Under the pieces are notes generated by a model that saw only the letters and a program-made list of their open reading frames with translations, was not told the DNA's origin and did no database searches. 64,000 nt of DNA from Callorhinchus milii (taxonomy: Eukaryota), in contig NW_024704743.1 in the NCBI RefSeq assembly GCF_018977255.1, forward strand, positions 89,840,001-89,904,000, in the 5' to 3' direction. Numbering within the stretch: the first letter of the stretch is position 1; the number at the start of each line of letters is the position of its first letter. Below, piece after piece: positions 1 to 13,426 of this stretch. The translations under genes were made by a program, and so were the position numbers.

Positions 1-455
1 TTCACTTTACAGTCTATTCTGTGAAGCGTTTTGAGATGTTTAGAAGATGTGAAAAGTGCTATATCAAACGCAAGGATTACTATTATTACATTATGTGGGC
101 GAAACACGGCAGCCAATTGCGCACAGCAGTGTCCCACAAACAGTCGTGGATTGAGTGACCACATTTTTTTTGGAAGGATTATTACTTCAGGGCAATGTTC
201 CGCCAATCGACTAACAACCGGGTTCCTATTTACTGCTAGTAAACAGCATGTGGAAGAAGGAAACTTGCCTAACATTACATTACAATATCCCAAATAAAAT
301 GGATTATTTCATATTTGTTTGTGGAACATTGCTGTGTGCCATTTTCACCTACAAATACACAGTCACTCCATTTCACAGTAAGTTTTGTGAAGTGCTTAGA
401 GAACCGTCCTACCATGAAAGGAATTGTATCAAATGCAAGGATTAGTATTGTTATT
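1..455. mobile_element. Cluster of SINE fragments in both orientations
   Basis: Recurrent tail atatcaaatgcaaggattatta and core tgtgggacactgctgtgcgcaattggctgc. Confidence 0.75.
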
Positions 456-540
456 TAACTATCAATGTTCTTTTCCGGTCAATCTCTTGAATAGCACTGA
501 GCTCCACAACCAATTCCCCTTTAATCTGCTTGTTTTGTAG

Positions 541-720
541 GTGAAGGAAGAAATGGAAATTCTCGTCAGAGATAAAGGTGTGAATTCCTTTAAGATGTTC
601 ATGGCTTACAAAGATGTCTTCATGCTTCAAGATGATGAGCTGTATGCTGCTTTCTGCCAGTGCAAGGAGCTAGGAGCAATCGCTCAGGTTCATGCTGAAA
701 ATGGGCATTTAATAGCAGAA
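541..720 (+). CDS. DPYS: Dihydropyrimidinase coding exon (equivalent to human exon 3)
   Basis: tttgtag| acceptor and |gtaagt donor; 180 nt; [25 protein letters not shown]...[13 protein letters not shown] includes the carbamylated Lys (FKMF) and a metal-binding His (VHAEN). Confidence 0.96.
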
Positions 721-1096
721 GTAAGTTTGGGCATAACAGTTGCCTTATTTGAACAGTGTACAAACTTCACCTCTTTTACATTAATCTATTTGTTCCCTTT
801 ATCTTACAGAAAAGTACTATTATTATAATAGGATCAATTTTATGATGTGATAATTAATACCTAAGAGCTAATTTACACTGATTATTTAGTGACTTTAAGA
901 TATTTAGCACTTTGACAGTTCCATGGTTGTAGTGAAGGCAGGAACTGTTCCCCACCCTCTTCCTCCTCATTCCCCACACAATGCCCTCTCATTGATCACA
1001 CAATGACCATAATGTACACTGAACTTTGTATAGCAAGATACTAGCTTTACTCTGTTGTAAAGTCAATATGCCCCCTCAACCTTGCCACAAAGTATC

Positions 1097-1510
1097 AGCC
1101 TGGTTCAGTTTGTAGCGTTCTTGCCCCTGAGTCAAAAATCTGTCGGTTGAAACCCCATATTGAACTCACAGAATAGGCTTATGCTCGGTGCAGTGCTGGG
1201 ACAGTGCTGCATTGTCAGCGGTGTCGTCCTTTGAATGAAATGTTAAATGTTATGTCTATTCAAGTGGATATTAAAGATCCCATTGGTTCTACTCCCACTT
1301 TTCGAAAAGAGAATGAGTTTCTCCTGATGTCTTGACCAACAATCCCCCAAATAAAATTGGTTACTCACTCCATGGCCATTTGTGGGACATTGATGTGCAC
1401 AAATTGCTTGCACGTTTACCTATACATACATAATCACTACACTTCACAGTAAGGTTATTTAAGATATCTTGATACTGTATTAAGGCACTATATCAAATAC
1501 AAGGAAGATC
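1097..1510 (+). mobile_element. Old tRNA-derived SINE (Deu-domain / SacSINE1-like)
   Basis: tRNA-like head, central gtgctgcattgtc..gtcgtcctttgaatgaaatgttaaa domain, shared 3' tail; same family as 39945-40385. Confidence 0.7.
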
Positions 1511-2079
1511 AATATTACCAGTGTTGATTACCATATCACAACCTTTACCCCAATAATCTTTAATAACATTTGCATTGATATAGAAACCATAAAATAAGGG
1601 AACCCGTAACTGAATAGTTGAGTGTATTTTGATAGGCAAACATGGCAGCCAATTTGAAAATAGCAAGTCCCACAAACAACCATGAAGAGAATGATCAGTT
1701 TTGTTTTGAGGAATGTTAGTCAGGACAGGGAGCTATGAGATTGAAGAGAAACTATCAGAGAGATGCCCCATTAGGCATTCAGTCTTCTAACCACTCCCAT
1801 GGCAAAGAAGAGCAGGAAGTGTACCTGCAAATTCAATCAAACTGCAAATGAACTGGTCAGTTATTTGTTGCTTTTTATCAGTTGTCACTAGTGAAGACTA
1901 GTAGTTCAGTTTGCTGGTATACACCAGTCACTGTTCTTCACTTCAAGGTTATTGTATGAAATGCTATGAGCTGAAATGCACTGTATCAAATGCAAGTGTT
2001 ATCAAAATGTGTATTAATAAAGTAGAGTTTTTAACACTTTCTACTGTAGAAATATTTCATAAAGCTTTTCTTTTCACAG

Positions 2080-2269
2080 AGCTCTAAGAAGTTGCTAGCT
2101 ATGGGATTCACTGGCCCTGAGGCTCATGAACTTTGTCGACCTGAATCAGTCGAGGCTGAAGCCACACAAAGGGCGATCACCATAGCGAACTATGTTAACT
2201 GCCCCCTCTACATAGTCCATGTAATGAGTAAATCGGCAGCTGATGTGGTTGCCAAAGCACGGAGAGAAG
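2080..2269 (+). CDS. DPYS: Dihydropyrimidinase coding exon (exon 4 equivalent)
   Basis: ttttcacag| ... g|gtgagc; 190 nt; [63 protein letters not shown]; phase consistent with neighbouring exons. Confidence 0.96.
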
Positions 2270-2799
2270 GTGAGCGAGATAGAAAGCTGGTCCCTTATTC
2301 TTTCTTACATGGCTGTTTGGTAACTGTTAATGTCTCACACATGTGTATGAAATTGGGAGGATCTCTAATTCTGTGTGCGCATGTTTGCATGTGTATGTGT
2401 TTCTCTTTCTCTATTTCTCTTGCTCTAATCTTGTACGTATCTAAATTATGCTGTTGATTCAGTCCTGCTACATTCAAATCACAACACTCCAAGCCTCCTA
2501 GTTACATTTTGGAGGCTGAGGCAACACTGAAAACATTCAGTTGCAAATGCCTAAAAACTAACTTTCAGTATTCACCAAACTGAGCCTTGCAGCATTTGTC
2601 TCCAAAAAATAACATTTCACATGACAGTCGTTGGTGTAAAGAGCTTTAAGACCGTTCAACTTTTTACATGTTGTAAAATGTCTTAATACTGTAGACATTT
2701 TGTGCCTTGTAGCACATTTTGTGTTCATAGGATGGTGCCATATACCTTTACTGTTCATCAAGGATTTTTTTAACAAATTCTTTCCATCAATACCAATAT

Positions 2800-3160
2800 T
2801 CTTTGCATTTGACATTGTGCCTTATCACATCATGGAGATTTCTCAAAGCACTTCACAAGATTTTTTGTAAAATGCAGTGATTCTGTATTTTGTAGGTGAA
2901 CACAGCAGCCAATTTGCACACAGCTATGTTCCACAAATAGCCATGAAGTGAGTGACCAATTTTATTTAAGGGATTCGCTGGTCAGGAAACCTGGAGAAAC
3001 TTCCTTTTCTTTTTGCGTAGTGCCATAGATCTTTAACGTCCACCTGAACAGACAGACGGGATTTTGGTTTAATGTCTCATCCAGAGGAAGGCACTTCCGA
3101 CAGTACAGTACTTTCCCAGGACCGCACTGAACTGTCAGCCTAGAGTGTGAGCTCAAAGTC
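2800..3160 (-). mobile_element. Old Deu-type SINE
   Basis: Reverse complement of the gttcaggtggacgttaaagatc domain plus tail. Confidence 0.7.
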
Positions 3161-3571
3161 CTGACATGTAGTGTAATATCGTATGACTTTGTTGGTGGGC
3201 AATTTACGGACCACAGAATGGGGAATTTGTAAAAGGGATTGATTTATCATGTAGATTTTCCTGAGTACGCTACACACTATTTGATGCGGCGAAATTGGCA
3301 GGTACGTTTGTGCAGAATATTGGAATTTTGTGACTTCTGGTTCCTGATCCAAGCATTGACATTCACGGTAAATATAGAGACTGGTCACATGCACCTACCA
3401 TGGCAGAGGCTTGGAGCAGCTCAGCTGCTCAAGCTTTTGCTGGGCAATCATGTGTTGCTATTTCATTTTTTTAAAAATTGGGGAGAAGATTAAGAAATTT
3501 GCCCCTTAATAACAAGTACTCATTGTTCTTGCTAAATGTTTCCATCTCAACAATGTGTTTTTTATTTGTAG

Positions 3572-3728
3572 GGAAGGTGGTTTTTGGGGAGCCCATCGCA
3601 GCCAGTCTAGGCACTGATGGGACTCATTACTGGAACAAAGACTGGCGCCATGCAGCAGGTTACGTCATGGGACCACCGCTCAGACCCGATCCTACAACGC
3701 CAGGCTACCTCATGAACCTGCTAGCCAA
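3572..3728 (+). CDS. DPYS: Dihydropyrimidinase coding exon (exon 5 equivalent)
   Basis: tttgtag| ... aa|gtgagt; 157 nt; [52 protein letters not shown]. Confidence 0.96.
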
Positions 3729-4294
3729 GTGAGTAACATCAACTTAAGATTGTAAGAAAAGTCAAGTGTGAAAAAAGATCAATGGGATCCCCAAAACGTC
3801 CTTCTGCTCTTTATCTCACCCAGTGTACAGGATTGGAGGATCAGTAAAATAGAGACCACAGTGATTCATCTGATCATTCTCACAGGAAAAAAGGAAATTG
3901 GCTTTGATGGAAGTTTTGTTTAGCCTTGGTACTCATTCAGGAATTGTCTTGATGCTATATTTGGAAGACAGTAGAGTGGTATAGTTTAGAAGGTTGTGAT
4001 TAGATAGGCTGACATTGGCTTCAGTGCCACTTATAGTAAGAAGCGTATCAGGATATTCTCCAGTAGCTTGTGTTTTGGTGCCCAGCTCATGAATGGCATA
4101 AGCCTACAAATATCACTTTTGAGGGAAGTAGGGCTTGTCAGAGAGAATATTGATCGCCACCTCCAGGATTCCATTCTTGATGGTCTTTGTAATGAAATGA
4201 TTCAAGGCCATCTTCCATTCAAGGAAGAACATTCTTGGTCAAAGCATTGAAGCCTTGTCGGTGAACCAAACTCAACAACTGCTGACTGTTGCGC

Positions 4295-4717
4295 AGTCCT
4301 GTAACTCAGTGGTTAGAGCCCTCGCCTCGTAAGCGAGAGACCTGGGTTTGATTCCCGGCAAGGCAAATCATTGGGCAAGTTTCCTTACTCTACACGCCTC
4401 TGTTTACCTAGCAGTAAGTAGGAAGCCGGTTGTTACACAATTGGCGGATCACTTTTACAGGGGTAATAATTTCTTAAAAACAATAATAAATTGGTCACTC
4501 AGTCCACAACTGTTTGTGGGACACTGCTTTGCGCAATTGGCGGCCACGTTTCAACAACAACAAGATTGCATTTATAGAGCGCCTTTCACTTCGGGAGGAC
4601 GTACCAAGACCCACAAAATATACAGTCAATACACTTTACAGTATATTCTGTGAAGCGCTTGAGACGCCTCGAAGACGTGATAAGGCGCTATATCAAATGC
4701 AAGGATCATTATTATAA
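4295..4717 (+). mobile_element. tRNA-derived SINE (long form) with a short antisense L2 tail inserted at about 4553-4605
   Basis: A box tcagtggttagagc, B box gtttgattcc, gggcaagtttccttactc domain, (tta) tail. Confidence 0.85.
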
Positions 4718-4780
4718 GTATTGTTGAAGATGCCCGGCATCAAAGATCTGAGGGACCGAAGAGACTCCTTGCTGACACCT

Positions 4781-5107
4781 TAATAATAATAATAATAATA
4801 ATAATCCTTGCATTTGATATAGCGCTTTTCACGTCAGGAGGACGTCCCAAAGCGCTTCACAGAACACACTGTAAAGTGAATTGACTGTATATTTGTGGCG
4901 AACGCGGCAGCCAATTGCGCACAGCAATGTCCCACAAACAATCGTAGATTGAAAATGACCAATTTAATTATTGTTTTTGGTTTTGGAGGGATTATTATTA
5001 GGCGTGTGGAGTAAGGAAACTTGCCCAAGGTTTCGCCCTGCCTGGAATTGAACTCAGGTCTCTCACTTGCAAAGCGAGTGCTCTAACCACTGAGCTACAG
5101 GACTCCA
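4781..5107 (-). mobile_element. Young tRNA-derived SINE (internally deleted form)
   Basis: Head tggagtcctgtagctcagtggttagagc, (tta)n tail, flanking cacctt duplication; near-identical to 43183-43500 and 56371-56690. Confidence 0.9.
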
Positions 5108-5207
5108 CCTTGTGAGTTATGCTCCAAGAGGGAGTCAAACCACAACATTTCTTCTCAACTCTCCCCCTACGTACACACATACACACATACTACACACACA
5201 CACACTA

Positions 5208-5530
5208 CACAACAACAAATTTACATTTATAGAGCGCCTTTCACGTCAGGAGGATGTCCCAAAGCGCTGAACCGTCAGGTGTCGGGGGCAGGGAAGGCAG
5301 AGAAGTGGGAGGGTGACCAAAGGCATGGTCGAAGAGAAAGGTCTTGAGACCGGCCTTGAAGGAGGCAAGGGAGGAAGCAGACGAAGGGACCGTGGGATAG
5401 AGTTCCAAAGTGTGAGGGCAGAGAGGCTGAAAGCCCGGCCACCCATGGTAGGGTGGGTTGGGCAGGAGACATGGAGCAGACCGGAGCCCACTGAATGGAA
5501 GGAGCTGGCAGGGTGGTAAGGAGTCAGCAG
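5208..5530 (-). mobile_element. L2 LINE 3' end inserted in a (CA)n tract
   Basis: GGRAFSLSALTLWNSIP ORF2 end, 3' UTR and (ttg)n tail; CA repeats on both flanks. Confidence 0.85.
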
Positions 5531-6362
5531 GTGTATAATAATACACACACACACCACACACACAAACCTCACTTTAAATTACTTTGCTCTGTAAATGAAG
5601 GGTTCACGATGTCAAAATTGGACAATAAAATGTAACATAGACAATTGCGGTATTGATATTGGCTCACTGGTATCATGAACATTTGGTAACTCTTTTGATC
5701 GTTGATCACTAAATCTCGCAATCTTTTCATTATATCTTTATAATAGGAAATCTTATCTTATACGTAACAAAAGATTGCTAATTTTACTTATACGTTTGAA
5801 ACAATAAAGCAATCTAAAGCCTTTATTGCTCTTTGCTTTCTTGCCCTGATTTTTCTAATACATTGCTTGCTGGCCTCCCCAGCTAATTCAGACACCAATC
5901 ATCCCAATCTTTGTAGGATTCACTGACTTCCTGTTTTCTAACCTTTGCTTGATGACCAACCCCATCATTGTGAAGCACTCTTAGATGTAACACATTGCAT
6001 TTATAAGCACCCTTTGTGAAGGCAATGCAGTGTATGAATGCAATTTATTGTTGCTGAGTCCCATGTTAGACGAATGATAATTGGACATGGAAGTCTGATT
6101 ATTTTTTGGTTCCAGGATCTCTGAGCAGCAGTATAATATTACAGGTTAAATAGAATGCACAAATAGAAATAATTTAAAGCCCCTTCACTGAGTGGCAGAT
6201 CTAAACTCTGTTTTTCTTTCCTTTTGTTTCACAATCACTCTCTCTGACAACCAGCTCTAAATAATAATTTAAAAAATCCTTACATTTGGTAGGATCTTAG
6301 CGCCTTTCACATCAGGTGGATGTCTCAAAGTGCTTCACAGAATTTACGACAAATTGGATTCC

Positions 6363-6728
6363 TGTAGCATCCTTCATACAGGATAGCATCTCGGGAGTGT
6401 CGAACCCAGGATGTAGTCGCTATAGCTAGGATTAAACGAACACTCACAAACAGAGTTAGCTCAGAAATATAGTTTATTCAAATACTTGCAGCAAGGAGAG
6501 GGGAAGCGAGAGGCAATACAATAGCACGTCTCTCAGAAGAGTCGGTTCTCTCCCTCTAACAATGGGGCAGTCCCATTAGTTTATATACATGATTATTTGC
6601 AATCACCTCATGCTTAACTCGTGTCTCAAACAATTCTTGCTGTTGATTGACAAGAATTCAATCATCACAAGCTTGATTATACATTCGCAGACAGTGCAAG
6701 GACACTGGTTCTGCTCTACCTATCTACA
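6363..6728 (-). mobile_element. Probable solo LTR in a DPYS intron
   Basis: Minus strand reads TGTAG...CTACA with TATATAAA (6580-6587) upstream of AATAAA (6473-6478); no clear TSD, so the right boundary is uncertain. Confidence 0.5.
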
Positions 6729-9447
6729 GCTGTTGCTCAAAAACAACTCTAATCTTATCATTGTCGAGACACTCTGTACTTTACGTGTTTTGCCATGCAA
6801 GGGGGAAGGGTGAGGTTACCATAGGCACAGTTGAAGAGGTAGGTTTTAAGGTGGGATTTAAAGATAAATAAAGAGACACAGCGAAGAGATTGAGGCAGAG
6901 AGTTCCAGAGGTAAAAGGAGTAATGATTTCCTGTAAAATGGAGTGACTGTACACTTTGTAGGTGACTTGACTCTGTACAGCAGCCAAATTTATACAGATC
7001 GGTGTCCCACAAATAGTTACCAAATTATTATTAAGTGAATGACCAATTTTATTTGTTGGGGAGGGGGTTGTTGGCCAGGACACCGGAAGAAGCTTCCTTC
7101 TTATTTTGAATTGTGGGAGACAGTACTTTATTGAAGTATGAGCCTAGACTGTGAGCTCAAAATCCCAACAAGGGGCATAAACCCACACCCCTCTGACTCA
7201 AAGTCAAGAGTGCTATTAAATGTGTAATAAAATACCTCTCCCTGTAATTGCCCTTCACAACTGTGAATCTGTGCTGTCTTGTCCTGCTGCCTTGGCTATT
7301 TCTGAACTGTGAAATTGTAACATACTTTCTATTCTGTTCACAGAGAGAGAAAAGGTGGCTTCCGAAATGGCATGTTTGGCCTATAATTCAATTTGTTATT
7401 TGGTGGGAGTTTCACCCACAAAATACAGTCAACCTAAATTTACAATATATTCTGTGAAGCTCTTTGAGACGTGACAAGACTCTATATCAAATGCAAGGAT
7501 TATTATTATTATTCAGTGAGCACGAAGCATTACTGTAATCCCCAAGAATGAAGCTTGAATGAGCCTAACACAGAGTGAAAGCGAGAGCAGCGGATGAATG
7601 TTCTGTTGGTGCTTGCAGCAGTTTAACTGGATCAGCAGTAAATCCAGTTGATTCATGGAAACATGGATTTAGGTCAAATGTTACTGGAATTTTAAGGGTA
7701 TGGTACATTAATAATGTGCCGTACAACACTTCTATACAGTGGAACTGAGGAATAGACAAACGACTATTTGCAATTAAAGTATTCTGTCAGTATTCGCCCA
7801 CAAATATATGGTCAATTCACTTTACAGTATATCCTGTGAAGAGTTTTGAGACGTCTAGAAGACGTGAAAAGCTCTATATCAAATGCAAGGATTATTATTA
7901 TATATTTATTATTCTAATAATAATAATCCTTGCATTTGATATAGCACCTTATCACGTCGTTGAGATGTCTCAAAGCGCTTGACAGAATATACCGTAAATG
8001 TGTAATGTCTGAGCACACATTCATTCAGACACAGTTAAACCACAATAAAATTAACTAATTTTGCTTCTGAATCTGTACGTTTAGACTTTTTAATACTGTG
8101 GTTCTGGAAACAGTCAGACTAATGTGACTGACTGGTGGTGCAGTGAATTTGTATAGGTGAATTTTCACATTTAGGACTGGGTTGCAATCTAGCCAATCTG
8201 ATAGAATGAAATCATTTGAAAACACTTTCTGCATCTCAACGCAGTTCGTCAACTAGTCTACAATTTAAACTCTTAACCAGACGCTAAACTAGGTCCCTGG
8301 TATAGGAAATAGAAATTGCACAGGGTGCAGTAGTGCATGGTTGGGGCTAAACACAATGTTGAGGAACAGTAGGAGTCTACTCTGTAGATAGACAGTCTAC
8401 CCAATGTGAGAGTGGTTGATGCTGAAACTGTCCAAAAAATAAATAAATAAATATAGACAAATGTTACATTTTCAATCATTCTCATTACTGCACCAGGTTA
8501 CCTAGCATTCTGAGTACGATTTTATTATGTAAATACGATAATAGGACTGGGGCAAATATTAGACAGCTATGTATTAAATCTGATAACTCCATTATTGAAT
8601 GTATAAAGAGCTAAACTTGGTAACAAGCTAAATCTTGCAGGCCATCACATACATCAATATCGCATAACTGTGGATGTTATGAATGTTTGTCTTCCTTTTA
8701 AATTGATACCCATGTATTTCATGTATTGTCACAGCTCCCATTTACCATTGCTGACACTTATTTCAAATGCCAGACTGGCTTGACCAAGCTCATTAAATTT
8801 CTTTTAATTATGGTCTGAAATGCAAGTTAAATCTGAGTGAAATGTCAATTTTCAAGAAAGAATTGCAGCAAAATCAGTGGGAAAACATTTTTCATCTTAA
8901 ATATATTCCATAAAATTAGATGGCAACAGACAGCCTGATGCACAAAGAGGAATATTGTGTGTGTGTGTGTAGATAAAAGGACACCAGAGTTCGAGTTGTA
9001 TTACAGTAACAACTTGTCCTTAGATGACACTTTTCACATAGGATGAATGTTTCAAAGCCTTTCATAGAGATGATGGGGGGGGCAACGAGCCATGAGGGAG
9101 GAAGGAAAATCTTAAACGTGTAAATCAAAGGCACAGTCAAAAAGAGAAGTTTTCAAAAGGATTTTTAAGAGTTGGGAGAGACAAAGCAAGGCAAAGGGAT
9201 TTTGCGAGAAAGGCGAAATTATATTCCCTACTGGCTAATAACAATTTTCTACATGAAATTGATCATTCACTTCATGGCTGTCTGTGGGACGTTGCTGTAC
9301 ACAAATGTCACTAGAGTTACCGAACCATGCCGGTTCCACCCCATTAAAATGAATGTTCAATGGCAGATCATGCTATGGAGCCTTGTGGGATTGTGTTATC
9401 AACAGTGATATTCAAATACAGGCTTTTTATATTGTTTCCTCTCTTAG

Positions 9448-9589
9448 TGATGACCTGAGTGTGACAGGAACAGATAATTGCACTTTCAATGGTTGTCAAA
9501 AAGCACTGGGAAAAGATGATTTTACAAAGATTCCGAATGGGGTGAATGGTGTGGAAGACAGGATGTCCATTATATGGGAGAAAGGAGTG
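9448..9589 (+). CDS. DPYS: Dihydropyrimidinase coding exon (exon 6 equivalent)
   Basis: ctcttag| ... gtg|gtaagt; 142 nt; [47 protein letters not shown] includes the catalytic Asp (GTDNC). Confidence 0.96.
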
Positions 9590-10612
9590 GTAAGTATCAC
9601 TTGTTGGGAGCAATCTAGATATTTGGTTATAGATGTTCAGGTTTCAGAGCATGTACGGCAGGGGGATTGACATTGGGCAAAGCCATATTTAACCTGTGAG
9701 CAGCTCTTTGATCTGTATTCCTATTTTATCCAAGATCTAAAGTGTTCCAGAGATTGGAGAATTGGATAAATATAATCACGAGGAATGATTTTAAAGGAAT
9801 GCAAAAATCCTCTGTACAGGTTCACTTCAACCACTGTGGCATTTTAATCCAAGTAATTGTCTTTCTTTCCTCCAAACCCCAAATCCCTGACATCCAGAAC
9901 TTCTCCCCAGTGCACAGTCACACACTTGCGCCCATGGACATGTCACTGTCAGTGTGCACAATGCTGGTTTAACTCAACATTAAAAGCTTCAGTGAGTGAA
10001 ACTGTCTCCCAGTCCTGGAGTGCACAATCTCTCCATCTAAGAGCAGAAATTACTCAAAACTCATAAAACACAGGTGAATGTTTGCAGTAGGGATGGTATT
10101 AGGGACTCCAAATTGCAAATTGGATACTGCTGTATATTAACCAAATAAAACCGCAAGTGTTGAAGCACAAGTTAGCTTCCCTCTCCTTGTTTGGCTTGAA
10201 ACCCATTACCTGTTAGAGTGTTAGTTTATAGAGTTATCAGGAGCTCAGTGATAAGAACCTCAGTTTCCGAGTCCTACTGATGAGCCAGATAGCCTGGTCA
10301 ACTATCAACAATGGCCTAGAAAACTGCGGAGTTACCTCACTCAGACATTGGATCACTAAATCCACCCAGAGAGGTTGATTCACTTCCCTTCCCCTCTGCC
10401 AGACATGAGGCCATGGAGCTTAAAGATAATTTTTTTGTTAACGATATTTGACCCATTGGATTAAAATGATTGTTGTTGCAGAAGAATAATCATGTGGCAT
10501 ATATTTTACAATTACAAGTCGTGTTTGAACTGACTCTGTGTCTGCGGTTTTATTCTTTGTTTTTACAATGATTAATGAGAATGGGGAAACTATACATAAC
10601 TTTTTCTTTCAG

Positions 10613-10755
10613 CACAATGGTAAAATGGATGAGAACAGGTTTGTTGCTGTGACCAGTACAAATGCAGCAAAGATCTTCAACCTTTATCCCAGGAAGGGGA
10701 AGATTGCTAAAGGCTCTGATGCTGATATCGTTGTTTGGGACCCGAATGCTGTCAG
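10613..10755 (+). CDS. DPYS: Dihydropyrimidinase coding exon (exon 7 equivalent)
   Basis: ctttcag| ... ag|gtatat; 143 nt; [47 protein letters not shown]. Confidence 0.96.
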
Positions 10756-11202
10756 GTATATTGGCTGACTGAGCACAAGATAGTGTTTAAAAGTGATGTG
10801 ACACATACCAATTATATCACAGCCTAAGTGTCATAACATATTTAAAATAACTTTGGCAAATATATTTGTAAAAGTGACCATCTAGGGAATAATGCCACGG
10901 ATGCACCTGTTAATGGGTATCAATTCATCCTAAAACACAGTGGGATTGCTTAATTAATTAATCCAGAAGTAACTCATGAGAAGTCCTTCCGATGTGATCT
11001 ATTTTCAGAGTGGTGTTCCTTTGAGTCAGCGTGACTTACTTACATTTATCAGGAGTCCTCCGAAGGAATTCTGTTTAAAATCACTGTCTGTAGATACTGT
11101 AGTTTTGGTTCAGCTGGAACTTCAGGTGCAAAAACAGCACCAACATTTGAATGTCCCTATTGTTTGGGCTGAGTAAAGGGAGCTCCTTGTGAGTTTGTGT
11201 TT

Positions 11203-11362
11203 AGGAACACAGGAACAGGCGTAGGCAATTCAGCCCGCTGAGCCTGTTCCGCCATTCTTTTAGTTCATGGCTGATTTGTACCACAATTCCAATTACCCGC
11301 CCTTGCCCTATATATCTTGATATCTTGACCTAACAAATATCTGTCCACCTCAGTCTTGAAAA
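11203..11362 (-). mobile_element. CR1 LINE 3' end fragment
   Basis: Reverse complement of the gaatggcggaacagg..cctgttcct tail also seen at 61082-61153. Confidence 0.7.
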
Positions 11363-11562
11363 ACTGATTTGATGGTAAAATTGACCAAATTATGTATGAG
11401 CTGCTATTAAAGGCTGCATTAATAGCTGTTGGTACACGTGGAATGGCTACATTGATGTCTCCATACTGTTGACTAAATAAAATGTTGCTGCTTGATAGTG
11501 AAGATCAAAATATTATTTTTCAGCAGTGCTTACTATGAATTTGCTTGTTTCTTGTCAACCAG

Positions 11563-11770
11563 GACTATTTCTGCCAAGACCCATCACCAGGCTGTTGACT
11601 TCAACATTTTTGAAGGAATGGTCTGCCATGGGGTCCCTGTGGTCACCATCTCACAGGGGAAAGTGGTATTTGAAGATGGTCTCCTGTATGTCGTGCAGGG
11701 GGAGGGGAAGTACATTCCACGGAAACCCTTTGCTGATTATGTCTTCAAGCGAGTTAAACAACGTGACCAG
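11563..11770 (+). CDS. DPYS: Dihydropyrimidinase coding exon (exon 8 equivalent), first assembled copy
   Basis: caaccag| ... cag|gttcgt; 208 nt; [39 protein letters not shown]...KQRDQ. Confidence 0.93.
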
Positions 11771-12795
11771 GTTCGTAGCTCTTTGGAAGATAATGTCATT
11801 TATGAGAATGGTTCTGGCTGGCACAAAGCTGAACAAGTCCACTCGCCAGAAGATCTGGCACAAGTTACCTCCCGAGTCTGTTCTGCATTAAAATCCAATT
11901 CTTCTGTTTGCTGGTAACTGTAATTTTGTTTGAAAAAGTTCTCGAGGAAAACAGTCACTGTGGCTTCTCATTCAGTAAAAGTGCCACAATGTAAACTGTG
12001 TTTTCTGATGGGAACTCACAAGACTTTAACAGCAAGAAGGTCTCTTGTCTCTGTGACTAACAGGGGATTCCATCCAGAACCAGATTTCATGTTGCAAGGC
12101 TGCCTTTCCTGAGAATAGTTTTTCTTCCCTGCAAACCATCTTTACATTTGTGCCTGCTAGGAGGCAGAAGGAAGAGTATCTTCTTTTTAACCTGTTTTGT
12201 TACCTTTAGTAACATAAAAGCTTAGCATAATGATTGTCTTAAGCATAAGGTTATAAATACGTGAATTTAGTTCTATAGACACTGGAGGAGGGGTGGGGCA
12301 GGGGATGGAATTGGCTCAAAGGAAGGGAAGTCTTCCAAGACCTGGGGGGAGTGATGTGAATCACTGCATTCTTTAAGCCATTAGTTTCTCTTTGTACTGA
12401 ATAAGAAAAGCACAGAACGAAAACAAGATTATATCAAATCCAGTCCTTCATTTCACACAAAATATACCCTATCATTGACTGCACTTGTCCATTTTATCTC
12501 CTGGGGTATTGTATTAAATACTCCTTGAGTCCCAAAGTTATTTGAACCAAATCTTCAGAATAGTGATCCGATCCTTCTTATCCCAGAGCTTTGTGAAATC
12601 TTCTCTCATGGTCTGAGGGGTGATCTTTACTCATACTGTGCTGTGCGCCAACCTGTATGTATTGGAATAGTTAAACAGAGCTGTAAAGAATTAATGCTGT
12701 TTTGATGTGAGCCATGTACCTGTCATTTCTAGAACATGTTAACATAAGAGATTCTTGTGCAGGTTTTAACAATTGTTGGTTTGTACTCAATCCAG

Positions 12796-12916
12796 ACCTG
12801 TCAGCCTACACCTGTACAGAGAGAGCCATACCAAGGAAGTGTTGTGTCATTACTACCAACTGGTACATCTCGGCCTGGGGGGAGAGATCTCCACCAGTCA
12901 ACATTTACTCTATCTG
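12796..12916 (+). CDS. DPYS: Dihydropyrimidinase coding exon (exon 9 equivalent), first assembled copy
   Basis: aatccag| ... tctg|gtatgc; 121 nt; TCQPTPVQREPYQGSVVSLLPTGTSRPGGRDLHQSTFTLS. Confidence 0.88.
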
Positions 12917-13401
12917 GTATGCATCACATTTTAAGATCTGGAATACTGTCAAAAGCCTTTGAATCACAAGTTCACTCAGGCCTTACTTGAAGATTATTAG
13001 ATGAAAGATTGGGTGCTGGCCCATAGAAAGCTTCTTATTTAGCTCAAAAAAGTATTCTTTTAAGCTTCCAAGCAATTAGATTGTATGAAGATGTAAGGAA
13101 TTCATACTCATTGGGCTTCCTCAAACTGCGACTCCGTCTATGGGCTTTTGAAACTCATTGAGAAACAACACATTTTCTCCCCTTAAACCTTTTCAATGTT
13201 CCACTGCTTTAGATAATTGAGAATGTCAAAATGAGAAGATTGCCAGCATTTTGGAGCTCTATTGCACAAAACTATTCAGGTAGCAGCACTCTGGTTATAC
13301 CTACAGACCAGGATCTTTAGCCATAAATCCTAGGATGGGGCATGACCAGGATTTGTCAGGTACTCCACAAGTCATGGCAGGAGTCTGTTGGAGGAAGGGT
13401 T

Positions 13402-13426
13402 NNNNNNNNNNNNNNNNNNNNNNNNN
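13402..13426. other. Assembly gap (25 N)
   Basis: Run of n in the sequence. Confidence 0.99.

Noticed and set aside
5030..5107. tRNA genes here and at the other SINE heads
   Set aside because: The A/B boxes continue into SINE bodies and tails; no complete cloverleaf
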